Shown here: one piece after another, positions 47,524 through 56,500 of the stretch
Layout: every line of letters starts with the position of its first letter
Position numbering within the stretch: position 1 is the stretch's first letter
NCBI GenBank assembly: GCA_963746845.1
Contig: CAVVCZ010000006.1
Coordinates: 128,001 to 192,000, forward strand
Source: an uncultured Chloroflexia bacterium
GTDB lineage: Bacteria; Chloroflexota; Limnocylindria; Limnocylindrales; CSP1-4
DNA length: 64,000 nt
Direction: 5' to 3'
Position numbers and translations under genes: made by a program
Notes under the pieces: model-generated
What the model was told of the DNA's origin: nothing
The model's input: only the letters and a program-made list of their open reading frames with translations
The model's database searches: none

Positions 47524-48927
47524 TCAGCCGGCGGCCGAGTGGGCCTGGGCGCCCTGCGGGTGCTCCGTCGTCGCGTGATGCGCCCGGTCGTCGAGGGCCC
47601 CCTGGAGGGACTCCTCGAAGATCGAGACGACCCGGTCCACGATGTCGCCCTGGGCATGGGCCTCGCACATGAACCACGGCTCGCGGCTGTCCGGCTCCGG
47701 CATCGCCCCACGGGCGTGCATCCCGAACGCCACGGCGTCGTACAGCTCGTGGTCCGAGCTCGCCCAGTCGCGATACTCGGTCGGAGCCTGCTCCGTGAAC
47801 ATGATCCCGAACATGGACGGATGTCCGGTGAAGATGTACGGGATGCCGGTGGGGTTCAGGACCTCACGCAGGCCGTCCTGCACCCGCCGGCCGGTCGCAT
47901 GGACCGTCTCGAGCGCATCCGTGTCCCGGAGGATCAAGAGGGTCTTGACCGCGGCCGCGGCCGCGACCCGGTTCCCGGCGTACGTCCCGCCGTGGCTGAC
48001 CTTGTCCGGGAGGACCTCCATGACCTCGCGCCGTCCGCCGAACGCGGCGGCCGGATAGCCGTTGCCGATCGCCTTCGCGAAGGTCCCGAGATCCGGCTTG
48101 ATCCCGAAGAACTCGGCGGCGCCACCACGGGCGAACCGGAACCCGGTCTTCACCTCGTCGAAGATCAGGAGGATGCCGAACTCCTCGGTCAGCGCCCGCA
48201 TCGCCGCGTGGAACCCGGGCTGGGGCAGGATCCCCTGCGCGTTGCCGAGGACCGGCTCGACGATGACCGCGGCGATGTCGTCGCCCTGCTCCTCGAAGAG
48301 CCGGCGGAGCAGGTCGATGTTGTTGTAGCGAGCCGGGATGATCGTGTCGGCGACCGCGTCCGGGATCCCCCGGCCCCAGGCGAGGCGGACCGGCCGGTCG
48401 GCGTCGCCGAGCTCGCTCATGTCGTCCGGGGTGACCGAGATCAGGGCGTAGTCGTGGACGCCGTGGTACTGGCCCTCGAACTTCACGATCTTGTCCCGGC
48501 CGGTGAACGCGCGGGCGACCCGCATCGCGTGCATCGTCGCCTCGGTGCCCGAGACGGTCATCCGGGCCATGTCCACCCAGCCCGTGAGCTCGCAGATCAG
48601 CTCGATCGCGCGGACCTCGTCCTCGCTCGTGAGCGAGAAGCTGACGCCCTTCCGCATCTGCTCGTTGACGTAGTCGTCGACCCGCTCGTCGTTGTGGCCC
48701 AGGATCACCGGGCCGTAGCCCATCCGGAGATCGATGTACTCGTTCTGATCCAGGTCCCAGACCATGCCGCCCTTGCCCCGGTCGATGTAGATCGTCTGCT
48801 CGCCCCAGGCGCGGAAGTTCGAGTTCGTCCCACCCGGCAGCGACTTCAGCGCGCGGTGGTACATCTCGAGCTGGCGGGTGCGCCGAAGGGTCGGGGTGTC
48901 GGAGGTCGACCGGGGGTCGGTGGCCAT
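47524..48927 (-). CDS. Class III aminotransferase, GSA-aminomutase-like
   Basis: PGGTNSNFR, YGPVILGH, SGTEATM, FEGQYHG, FDEVKTGFR, FAKAIGNG, GTYAGN. Confidence 0.9.
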   Translation of the reverse strand: MATDPRSTSDTPTLRRTRQLEMYHRALKSLPGGTNSNFRAWGEQTIYIDRGKGGMVWDLDQNEYIDLRMGYGPVILGHNDERVDDYVNEQMRKGVSFSLTSEDEVRAIELICELTGWVDMARMTVSGTEATMHAMRVARAFTGRDKIVKFEGQYHGVHDYALISVTPDDMSELGDADRPVRLAWGRGIPDAVADTIIPARYNNIDLLRRLFEEQGDDIAAVIVEPVLGNAQGILPQPGFHAAMRALTEEFGILLIFDEVKTGFRFARGGAAEFFGIKPDLGTFAKAIGNGYPAAAFGGRREVMEVLPDKVSHGGTYAGNRVAAAAAVKTLLILRDTDALETVHATGRRVQDGLREVLNPTGIPYIFTGHPSMFGIMFTEQAPTEYRDWASSDHELYDAVAFGMHARGAMPEPDSREPWFMCEAHAQGDIVDRVVSIFEESLQGALDDRAHHATTEHPQGAQAHSAAG

Positions 48928-49151
48928 GAGGAAACGCACTCCATTGGGTGGTGGACCGTCACACGCGACGGGCGTTCCGGGGGACGGAACGCTCGGACGG
49001 TCATCTTGGCATAGCCGACTGATCCACGTCAACGCGAATATCGCACGGTTGTGCCCGAATACGTGCAAATCACGAGGGTGTGGCGGCCTGATCGTCGCTC
49101 GTTCGCACCGATCCGACGATGGGCCGGCCCGCTCGTCTATCCTCGCGATCC

Positions 49152-50555
49152 ATGGAGCCCTCCGAGATTCGACCGGACGCCGAGACCGCCGTGAGCTACT
49201 GGCTGGCGGCGTCGCCGGCCGGGCCGGTGCGGGCGCCACTCGACGGGGACGGCGTCACGGACGTCGTCGTCGTGGGCGCCGGGTTCACCGGGCTGTGGAC
49301 CGCGATCGCCCTGACCGACACGGATCCGTCGCTGCGGGTGACGGTGCTCGAGGGGGCAACGGTCGGGTTCGGGGCGAGCGGCCGGAACGGCGGGTTCTGC
49401 CAGGCTTCGCTCACGCACGGCCTGGCGAACGGCATCCGGCACTTCCCCGACGAGGTCCGTTTCCTCGAGGAGGAGGGGCTCGCGAGCCTCCGGGCGCTGG
49501 TCGCCTTCACCCGCGATCACGGCATCGACTGCGACCTCGAGGACAACGGCGGCCTGACCGTCGCCGACCAGTCGTACCAGGTCGAGGAGTTCCGCGCCTG
49601 GGTCGACGAGGCGGCCGAGTGGGGCGAGGAGCTGGTCTTCCTCGATCGCGACGCGGTCCAGGCCGAGCTGCACTCGCCGCTCTGGCAGGCGGGGCTCCTC
49701 GCGCCGCCGGGCCGCGAGCTCCTCGTGGATCCGGCGAAGCTGGTGCGTGGGCTCGCCCGCGTGTGCGAGGAGCGTGGCGTGGCGATCCACGAGCACTCGC
49801 GCGTCCGGCGCGTCGAACGCCGAGCCGGCGGCGTCCGGCTCACGACCGAGGCCGGCGCGACCCTCGATGCCGACCACGTCGTCGTCGCCACCTCGGCCTA
49901 CTCGGCGTGGCTGCGCCGTCTGTCGAGCCACTTCGTGCCCGTGTACGACTACGTCCTCGTCTCCGATCCGCTGACGCCGGCCCAGCGCGCGTCGATCGGC
50001 TGGGAGCGGCGGCAGGGCACGGGCGACGCGAACAACCAGTTCCACTACTTCCGGCTGACGACCGACGACCGGATCCTGTGGGGCGGTTACGACGCGATCT
50101 ACCACTGGAACAACGGCGTGGGCCCGGAACTGGACCGGCGGCCCCAGACGTTCGACAAGCTCGACGGCCACTTCCGGCGGGCGTTTCCGCAGCTGGCGGA
50201 CCTGCGATTCCCGTACCGCTGGGGCGGGGCGATCGACACGACGTCGCGGTTCACGGTGACCTTCGGACAGGGCCTCGGCGGCCGGCTGACGTACGCCCTC
50301 GGGTACACCGGGCTGGGCGTCGGGGCGAGCCGCTGGGCGGCCGGCGTCGTCCGCGACTTCATTCTCCGCCCGGACTCGGAGCTGCTCCGGCTGCGGTTCG
50401 TGCAGAGCCGGCCGTTCCCGTTCCCGCCGGAGCCGCTCCGTTCGGTCGCGGTCAACACGGTTCGCCACGAGCTCGACCGGGCCGACCGCAACGAGGGCCG
50501 CCGCGGGCTGATCCTGCGGACGCTCGACGCCCTGGGGATCGGCTTCGACAGCTAG
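49152..50555 (+). CDS. FAD-dependent amine oxidoreductase (PuuB/DadA family)
   Basis: SYW, VGAGFTGLWTA, GASGRNGG, FHYFR, WGG, GYTGLGV, FPPEP. Confidence 0.9.
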   Translation: MEPSEIRPDAETAVSYWLAASPAGPVRAPLDGDGVTDVVVVGAGFTGLWTAIALTDTDPSLRVTVLEGATVGFGASGRNGGFCQASLTHGLANGIRHFPDEVRFLEEEGLASLRALVAFTRDHGIDCDLEDNGGLTVADQSYQVEEFRAWVDEAAEWGEELVFLDRDAVQAELHSPLWQAGLLAPPGRELLVDPAKLVRGLARVCEERGVAIHEHSRVRRVERRAGGVRLTTEAGATLDADHVVVATSAYSAWLRRLSSHFVPVYDYVLVSDPLTPAQRASIGWERRQGTGDANNQFHYFRLTTDDRILWGGYDAIYHWNNGVGPELDRRPQTFDKLDGHFRRAFPQLADLRFPYRWGGAIDTTSRFTVTFGQGLGGRLTYALGYTGLGVGASRWAAGVVRDFILRPDSELLRLRFVQSRPFPFPPEPLRSVAVNTVRHELDRADRNEGRRGLILRTLDALGIGFDS

Positions 50556-50562
50556 GCCGCCA

Positions 50563-50769
50563 ACTGCCTTCGTCGCGCAGGAGGCGCCGGTGAGACGACC
50601 CCGACTGCGTTCGTCGCGCATGGGCGAGGCTGGCAAGGCGCACGCGACTGCGTTCGTCGCGCATGGGCGGCGCTGGCAAGGCGCCTCCGAGGAGCGGAGC
50701 GAGCGCACTTGGGGGTGCGTGAGCGAGCACCGCAGGAGGCAACGCAGTCCAGCGTCGTCCAGGCGCGAC
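50563..50769. repeat. REP/MITE-like intergenic element with tandemly duplicated 40-bp end and long hairpin
   Basis: CGACTGCGTTCGTCGCGCATGGGCGnnGCTGGCAAGGCGC at 50602-50641 and 50645-50684, partial copy at 50563-50579; 50656-50769 folds back on itself. Confidence 0.7.
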
Positions 50770-50775
50770 AGCCGT

Positions 50776-52458
50776 TCAGGCCGGGGCAGTCACCCAGTTC
50801 GGGAGCTCGCGCGAGAGGGTCGCCAGCGGCAGGGACCCGTGACCGAGCACCTGGTCATGGAACTCGCGGAGATCGAACCGTGAGCCGTCCCGAGCCTCGA
50901 GCACCCGGCGCAGCCGCTCGATCTCGCGGCAGCCGATCATGTACGTCAGGGCCTGACCGGGCCAGGCGATGTAGCGGTCGGTCTCGATCGTCGCGTCGGT
51001 CTCGGACAGGCCGGTCTCGAGCAGGAAGTCGATCGACTGCTGGCGCGTCCACCGGAGGGCGTGCATCCCGGTGTCGACGACCAGCCGCGCAGCCCGCCAG
51101 GCCACCGCGTCGAGCATCCCGAACCGCTCGGCGTCGTCCCGGAAGAGGCCCATCTCGTCGGCGAGCTTCTCGCTGTACAGGCCCCAGCCCTCGACATACG
51201 CCCCGCCGACGATCCGAGCGCCCAGCCGCCGGAAGGTCGACAGGCTCTCGTTCTCCTGCTCGAGCGCGATCTGGAAGTGATGGCCGGGCACCGCCTCGTG
51301 GTAGGTCGTCGTCGCGAGCTTCGTGTACTTCCGGCTCGGCAGGTCGTAGCCGTTCGCGTAGTAGATGCCGGGCCGCGTCCGGTCCGGCGACGGCGGGAAG
51401 TAGTAGGCGAACGGAGCGTCCTTCTCCTTGAACTCCTCGACCGCCATGACCTCGATCCCCGAGACGGGCAGCCGACCGAAGAACCGCGGCGCGACCGCCA
51501 TCGCCCGGTGGATGTCCTCGCGCGCCCGGCCCAGCAGCTCCTCCTTCGACCCGGGCGTGTTCGCCGGATCGTCCGCGAGCCGCCGCCGGTACTCCGCGGG
51601 ACTTGCGGCCCCGGCGGCCGACGCGATGGCCCGCCGCCCCTCGTCGACGATCGCCAGCTCGTCGAGCCCGATCTGGTGGACCTCCGCCGGGTCAAGATCG
51701 AGCGTCGTCCACGACCGGATCTGGGTCCGGTAGAGCGCGTCGCCCGTCGGTGCCGACCAGAGCCCGGGATCCTCGCGGGTCGCGCTCAGGTAGTCGCCGC
51801 GGAGGACGTCGAGGAACGCCCGGTCGGCCGGGTACAGGACCGCCTCGGTGATCTTCCGGACACGGTCGCGATCGGCCTCGTTCGTGACCTTCGCCATCGC
51901 CGGGACGATGGCCTGGTCGAGCGGGATCGCGAGCATCCGCTCCAGCTGGGCGACCGTCCGGTCGGCGACGATCCGCGGGGCGGTCAGGCCGGTGTCGAGG
52001 CCCTCCCGGAGGATGTCCGCGTTCGCGGCCATGTAGCCGCGGTAGCTCTCGAGACGGGCGAGGAACGCGTCCATCCGCTCCGGCGTGTCGAGCGGCTGGA
52101 ACTGGCAGATCTGCGGGAGGAGCGTCTGCGGGCCGGCGATCTGGTCGACGACCTTCAGCCGGTGGATGCCCTGGTCGTCCTCCTTGATGCTCTGCTCCGC
52201 GATGACGATCAGCATGTCCCGGGTGATCCGGTCCTCGACCGGCAGGCCCTCGGCGGGGATTGCCTCGGCCGCGGCCTTCGTCTCCTCCATGAGCCGCCGC
52301 ACGGTGGCCCGGCCCACCGGGCTCGGGTCCTCGAGCCGGTCGGCGTAGCGCTCGTCGCCGTAGACGGTGGCGGCGGTCGGGTTCAGCTCGAGGATCGACT
52401 CCCAGAACCGGTCGGCCAGCTGGTCGACGGGCGAGACGGGTTGGTCGGACACGGTCAC
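50776..52458 (-). CDS. DUF885-family protein (metallopeptidase-like)
   Basis: HQIGLDE, AYY.PP....RPG, YHEAVPGHHFQ, EGWGLYSE, RAARLVVDTGMH, RY..WPGQALTY..G, FHD..L..G. Confidence 0.93.
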   Translation of the reverse strand: MTVSDQPVSPVDQLADRFWESILELNPTAATVYGDERYADRLEDPSPVGRATVRRLMEETKAAAEAIPAEGLPVEDRITRDMLIVIAEQSIKEDDQGIHRLKVVDQIAGPQTLLPQICQFQPLDTPERMDAFLARLESYRGYMAANADILREGLDTGLTAPRIVADRTVAQLERMLAIPLDQAIVPAMAKVTNEADRDRVRKITEAVLYPADRAFLDVLRGDYLSATREDPGLWSAPTGDALYRTQIRSWTTLDLDPAEVHQIGLDELAIVDEGRRAIASAAGAASPAEYRRRLADDPANTPGSKEELLGRAREDIHRAMAVAPRFFGRLPVSGIEVMAVEEFKEKDAPFAYYFPPSPDRTRPGIYYANGYDLPSRKYTKLATTTYHEAVPGHHFQIALEQENESLSTFRRLGARIVGGAYVEGWGLYSEKLADEMGLFRDDAERFGMLDAVAWRAARLVVDTGMHALRWTRQQSIDFLLETGLSETDATIETDRYIAWPGQALTYMIGCREIERLRRVLEARDGSRFDLREFHDQVLGHGSLPLATLSRELPNWVTAPA

Positions 52459-52488
52459 GGTGGGATCTCCGGTGCAGGTACGGTCGGT

Positions 52489-55416
52489 CTACTCGCCGAA
52501 CAGCCCGAGCTGCTCACCGCTTCGCTCGACGATCGGATCGAGCCCCAGGTACGGTTCCATGAGGTCGAGGCTCAGGTCGTCCCGGGCGAGGAACGATGCG
52601 AGGTGGTTCCACTTCAGGATGTGCCAGTTGTCGCGCTCCATCGCCTCCCGGAGCAGCGGCGAGCGCTCCAGCTTGTGGCGGACAAGCTCCGTCCGCTCCG
52701 GGGCGATGACGAGGAACCGGACCATCCCGTCGTCCTGGGGGATCCGCGCGTGGCGGCGGAGGATCACCTCGCCCAGCATCGCGGTCCACTCGACCTCGAA
52801 CAGGAAGGCCATCCGCCGCCGGACGTACCAGACGCAGTCGACGTCGGCGATCTCGTCGACCGCCCGGTTGATGTGGGTCAGCGGGACCTGCCGCTCGCGA
52901 TCGTCGAGCCAGTCAGCGAGCCGATCCCGCCCGATCCGCCGGCCCTGCTCGCGCCGGCCGATCCAGACCGACAGCCCGAGACGGTGACCACCGTCGGCGA
53001 GCATCGCGATCAGCTCGCTGTGGTCCTGGGCGCGCCCGAGCAGGTCGTCGCCCGTCACGATCCGGTCCGCGGTGCTCGCCCGGCTGCGGTAGCTCTGGAG
53101 GCACGCCCGGACGAGGGCCTCGTCCGGGAGGTCCTGACCGCTGAAGATCCCGGCGATCCTCTGCAGGAAGGCGGTCTCGGACAGAGGACCGGCCGTCGAC
53201 AGGAGGCTGTAGACGGACCACTCGACCCGGTCGGACAGCGGGACGGCCGCCGCATCGCGGTCCTTCCGGTCGGCGAGCCACCAGCGGTCGGGGGCGACCT
53301 CCACGAGCCGGTCGCGGCCCGTCGTCGCGAGCCCCTCCCCGATCAGGCCGAGCAGCGCCTCCACCGGGTCCGACGGGGCGTCCGCCGAGCGCACGAACCG
53401 GCGGGTCCGGACGGTCGGATCCGAGCCGCCACGATCGTCGCCCTCCGGCGCCTCTCCCCAGGTCAGGGAGCCGCCGCGCACCGTGGGCCGATGCCCGGAC
53501 CCACCGCTCGTGCCACGATCGCCGGCGTCCGGGCCTGGCCGATCCCGCGCGTCGGCGCCCGGGGCGTCGGGGTCCCCGACGACGGACAGGCCGCGATCCG
53601 CGACGAGCCGGCGGAGCTGGCCCGCCCGGTCCAGCCCGACGAGGATCTCCCCGAGCAGCCGATCCGCGCTCGCGGGCTCGCCGCGTGCCTTGAGGCAATC
53701 GACGGCGACGTCCACGACCGTCCGGCTGACATCGGCCGACGAGAACGGCCGCCGGTCGACCCGTTCGGCCGGGCTGAACAGGCCCGGGCCCGGCACGATC
53801 TCCGGATCACCGGCACCGCCCGGGGCCGGCGTGAGCGAGACGTTCGCCCGCGTCCGGGGCGTCGGGGGCGGGACCGCGCCGGGCGGGAGCAGCTCGACGC
53901 TGCCGAGCGCCTCGTCGTCGCCGTCGCCGAGCCGCGCGGAGAGCAGTCGGAACCCGGCCTCCACGCCACCGAGCGCAGCAGTGACCAGCGCCTCCGACCC
54001 GCCGTCGACGAGGAAGACGACCCGGCCGTCGCGGGCGATCGACGGCTCGACCCCCGCCAGGGACTTGGCCAGCGCGGCCGCCTGCCAGCCCCACGGCGCC
54101 CGGATCGCGGGGCCGGACAGGGCCGCCAGCGGCAGGCCAAGGGCTGCCTCCGCGCCGAGCGTCCAGGCCGTCGCCCAGTACGTCATCGACAGCCGCTCCT
54201 GGTTCGGGCGGACCGCCGGCTGGCCCAGGACGAGGCGGATCCGACGCTTCAGGCTGCCCGCGCCCTCCCAGCCTCGACCGGCGGTCGCCTCCGCGCCGAT
54301 CGCCCGCGTCGTCGACGGACCGGCGATCGCCACGACCGCGGTGGCCGCGCCCTCGTCGAGCGCCTGGAGGTCGTTGCCGAGCCGGGCCTGGACCGCCCCG
54401 CCCGGTCCGCTCTCCAGCCGCTGGATGAACCCGCGGACCGTCCGGATCCCGTCCTCGAACGCGAGCCACGGGTTGCGTTCCCGCCACGGGCCCGGGCTCG
54501 GGGCGCGGACGTGGCCTGCCTGGATCCGGAGCGCGCCGACCCGGTGCGGATGGCCGTTGAGCCGGCTCGCCGGCAGGAGCGCGTGGAGGAAGGCGAGGCG
54601 CAGGGCCGCCTCGACCGGCGCGGCCCGGAGGTCGCCTTCGATCCGCTCGAGGATCGCCTCGAGGCCGGCCAGCTGACGCGGCGTGTGGAGGTCCAGGAGC
54701 CGATCGACCAGCCCGGCGCCACCCTCCACGACCGGGAACCGATCGCGCAGCCTTGCACGGGTCGCGGCGTGGTCGTCGGGGATCGTCCGGGCGCGGACGA
54801 GGTCCGCCTCGTCGAGCTCGGCGCTCCGCTCGCCGCTGCGCTGGCCGCGGCAGACGGGGCAGGAGTAGACCTTGCGGGCGGTCATCCGGGGCTCATCGCC
54901 GCCTTCGCCCGGGTCGTCGGACCCGCGATCGGTGTCGTCGTCGGGGGCCGCATCGCCGTCCTCGGACGTCGCCTCGCCGTCGGCGAGCGCCTCGTGCGGC
55001 CCGTCCTGCTCCGGCCAGACGATCTCGTCGATCACGAGCGATCGGCCGCAGGTCGGACAGCGTGTCGCGAACAGCGCGCCGACCGCGACCTTCAGGCTCG
55101 TCTGGCCGCGGGGCGAGGCACCCATCGCCTGGAACGCGGCGTCGAGATGGCGGAGGTCCGGCGGGCGGAGGACGAGCTCCGCGAGCAGCCGGGTCAGCGG
55201 GGTCGACTCCAGGCTCGCGACACGGCGCTGGCGATCGACCGCCGCGCGGGCCACCCAGCCGCCGCGGCCGGCGAGGTCCAGGACGACGTCACCCGGCTTG
55301 GCGAGGGTGTCGATCCGGCCCTCGACGAGGGCGGGCGGGGGCGGGGGCGCCAGCCGCTCGAAGAACGGCAGGGTGAACCCGGGCTCCGCTCGGACCAGGG
55401 GGGCGCGACCGGCCAT
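52489..55416 (-). CDS. Large DNA-methyltransferase-fold / Zn-ribbon / PD-(D/E)XK-like fusion protein with degenerate MTase motifs
   Basis: PGDVVLDLAGRGG (motif I-like), CPTC...CPVC, RLVLGQPA at the motif IV position, C-terminal HSELI..L...G...VWIG...DVDCVW...FEVEWT. Confidence 0.7.
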   Translation of the reverse strand: MAGRAPLVRAEPGFTLPFFERLAPPPPPALVEGRIDTLAKPGDVVLDLAGRGGWVARAAVDRQRRVASLESTPLTRLLAELVLRPPDLRHLDAAFQAMGASPRGQTSLKVAVGALFATRCPTCGRSLVIDEIVWPEQDGPHEALADGEATSEDGDAAPDDDTDRGSDDPGEGGDEPRMTARKVYSCPVCRGQRSGERSAELDEADLVRARTIPDDHAATRARLRDRFPVVEGGAGLVDRLLDLHTPRQLAGLEAILERIEGDLRAAPVEAALRLAFLHALLPASRLNGHPHRVGALRIQAGHVRAPSPGPWRERNPWLAFEDGIRTVRGFIQRLESGPGGAVQARLGNDLQALDEGAATAVVAIAGPSTTRAIGAEATAGRGWEGAGSLKRRIRLVLGQPAVRPNQERLSMTYWATAWTLGAEAALGLPLAALSGPAIRAPWGWQAAALAKSLAGVEPSIARDGRVVFLVDGGSEALVTAALGGVEAGFRLLSARLGDGDDEALGSVELLPPGAVPPPTPRTRANVSLTPAPGGAGDPEIVPGPGLFSPAERVDRRPFSSADVSRTVVDVAVDCLKARGEPASADRLLGEILVGLDRAGQLRRLVADRGLSVVGDPDAPGADARDRPGPDAGDRGTSGGSGHRPTVRGGSLTWGEAPEGDDRGGSDPTVRTRRFVRSADAPSDPVEALLGLIGEGLATTGRDRLVEVAPDRWWLADRKDRDAAAVPLSDRVEWSVYSLLSTAGPLSETAFLQRIAGIFSGQDLPDEALVRACLQSYRSRASTADRIVTGDDLLGRAQDHSELIAMLADGGHRLGLSVWIGRREQGRRIGRDRLADWLDDRERQVPLTHINRAVDEIADVDCVWYVRRRMAFLFEVEWTAMLGEVILRRHARIPQDDGMVRFLVIAPERTELVRHKLERSPLLREAMERDNWHILKWNHLASFLARDDLSLDLMEPYLGLDPIVERSGEQLGLFGE

Positions 55417-55481
55417 CCGCGAAAGCCTACCGGCTTGTCAAGTCGCTCAGCGGGGACGTGCCCGCGGGCGACCCGCCGCGG

Positions 55482-56339
55482 CTATGCCTCGTCGGCCTCG
55501 TCGAGCTCTTCCTCGAAGGCCTCGTCCGTGGTCGATTCCGGCGGCAGGACGCGATCGAGGTCCTCGATCTCCTCGTCCTCCTCGTCGTCCTCGAGGTCGT
55601 CCTCGAGGTCCATCTCCTCGCGGATCAGGGTGCCCTTGGTGTACGGCCGCAGGTCGGTCGACTTGGCCGCCATCGGGAAGGACACCTTCCCGTAGTTGCG
55701 CGGGTCCTGGTAGATCTCGCGGATGATGATCCGGACGTCCTTGTCGCCGAGCGAGGTCACGCCGGCCGCGTACTTGTTGCCCTCGGCCATGAGCTTGAGG
55801 AGCCGGGCGGCGACCCGCGGCTCCACGACGCCGATCCTCATCCCGTTGCTGAACGCGATCAGGCGGCCGCCCTCCGGCGTCAGCTCGACCGCATCACCCG
55901 GGTTGACCTGGGCGAGCTTGCGGGGATGGGGCAGGTCCGTCAGGAACGCAAACCCGGTCTTGCCGGTCTCCTCGACGAAGATCGAGACCGGGGCCTTGCT
56001 GCCCTCCTGGGCGGGCACGGTCTTGTCGCCGGCCTCGACGAGCAGGACCCGAAGGCGGTCGATGTTCCGCTCGGCGATCCGGTTCGTGGGATCGAGCGCG
56101 AGCGCCGTCTGGTAGTGCTCGCGCGCGGCGGCGAGCTCGCCCAGCTCCCACAACGACTTCGCGAGGCGGTTCTCCGACTCGGCGTCCGGTCCGAGCTCGA
56201 GCAGGCGTCGGTTCGTCTCGGCCGCCTCGGACCACTGGGCGGCGGTCGCCTGGGCGATCGCCTGGTCGACGAGCTGGCGCTTGAGGCGGACCTGGTTGAC
56301 GGCGCTCGACGCGGGCGTCTCGAGTTCGGGGAAGGTCAC
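55482..56339 (-). CDS. TPR-repeat protein with beta-barrel (HIRAN-like) domain and acidic tail
   Basis: NRLAK...LGEL..A..HY..AL.LDP.N.IA; FVEETGKT; IGVVEPRVAARL..LM..GNKY; D/E-rich C-terminus. Confidence 0.78.
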   Translation of the reverse strand: MTFPELETPASSAVNQVRLKRQLVDQAIAQATAAQWSEAAETNRRLLELGPDAESENRLAKSLWELGELAAAREHYQTALALDPTNRIAERNIDRLRVLLVEAGDKTVPAQEGSKAPVSIFVEETGKTGFAFLTDLPHPRKLAQVNPGDAVELTPEGGRLIAFSNGMRIGVVEPRVAARLLKLMAEGNKYAAGVTSLGDKDVRIIIREIYQDPRNYGKVSFPMAAKSTDLRPYTKGTLIREEMDLEDDLEDDEEDEEIEDLDRVLPPESTTDEAFEEELDEADEA

Positions 56340-56500
56340 GAGGGCACTCCGTTCGTTGCGTTGCCCACCTGCCGGAATGGCCGCAGCCGAGGGGTTTCGA
56401 GTCCCGGAGGGGGCAAGGGTTTGTAGCATCGCACGAGCCGCACGTCAAACGTCGGACGACGGCGACCCGCAGATGCGGGCGGGCACCGAATCGGAGGGTG

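Noticed and set aside
50563-50684. Possible CRISPR array
   Set aside because: Only two full copies, separated by 3 nt, with no unique spacers and no cas genes
51061-55695. 1544-aa plus-strand ORF
   Set aside because: Antisense shadow of the DUF885, MTase-like and TPR genes; R/G/A/P-rich with no motifs, as expected when stop codons are scarce at high GC
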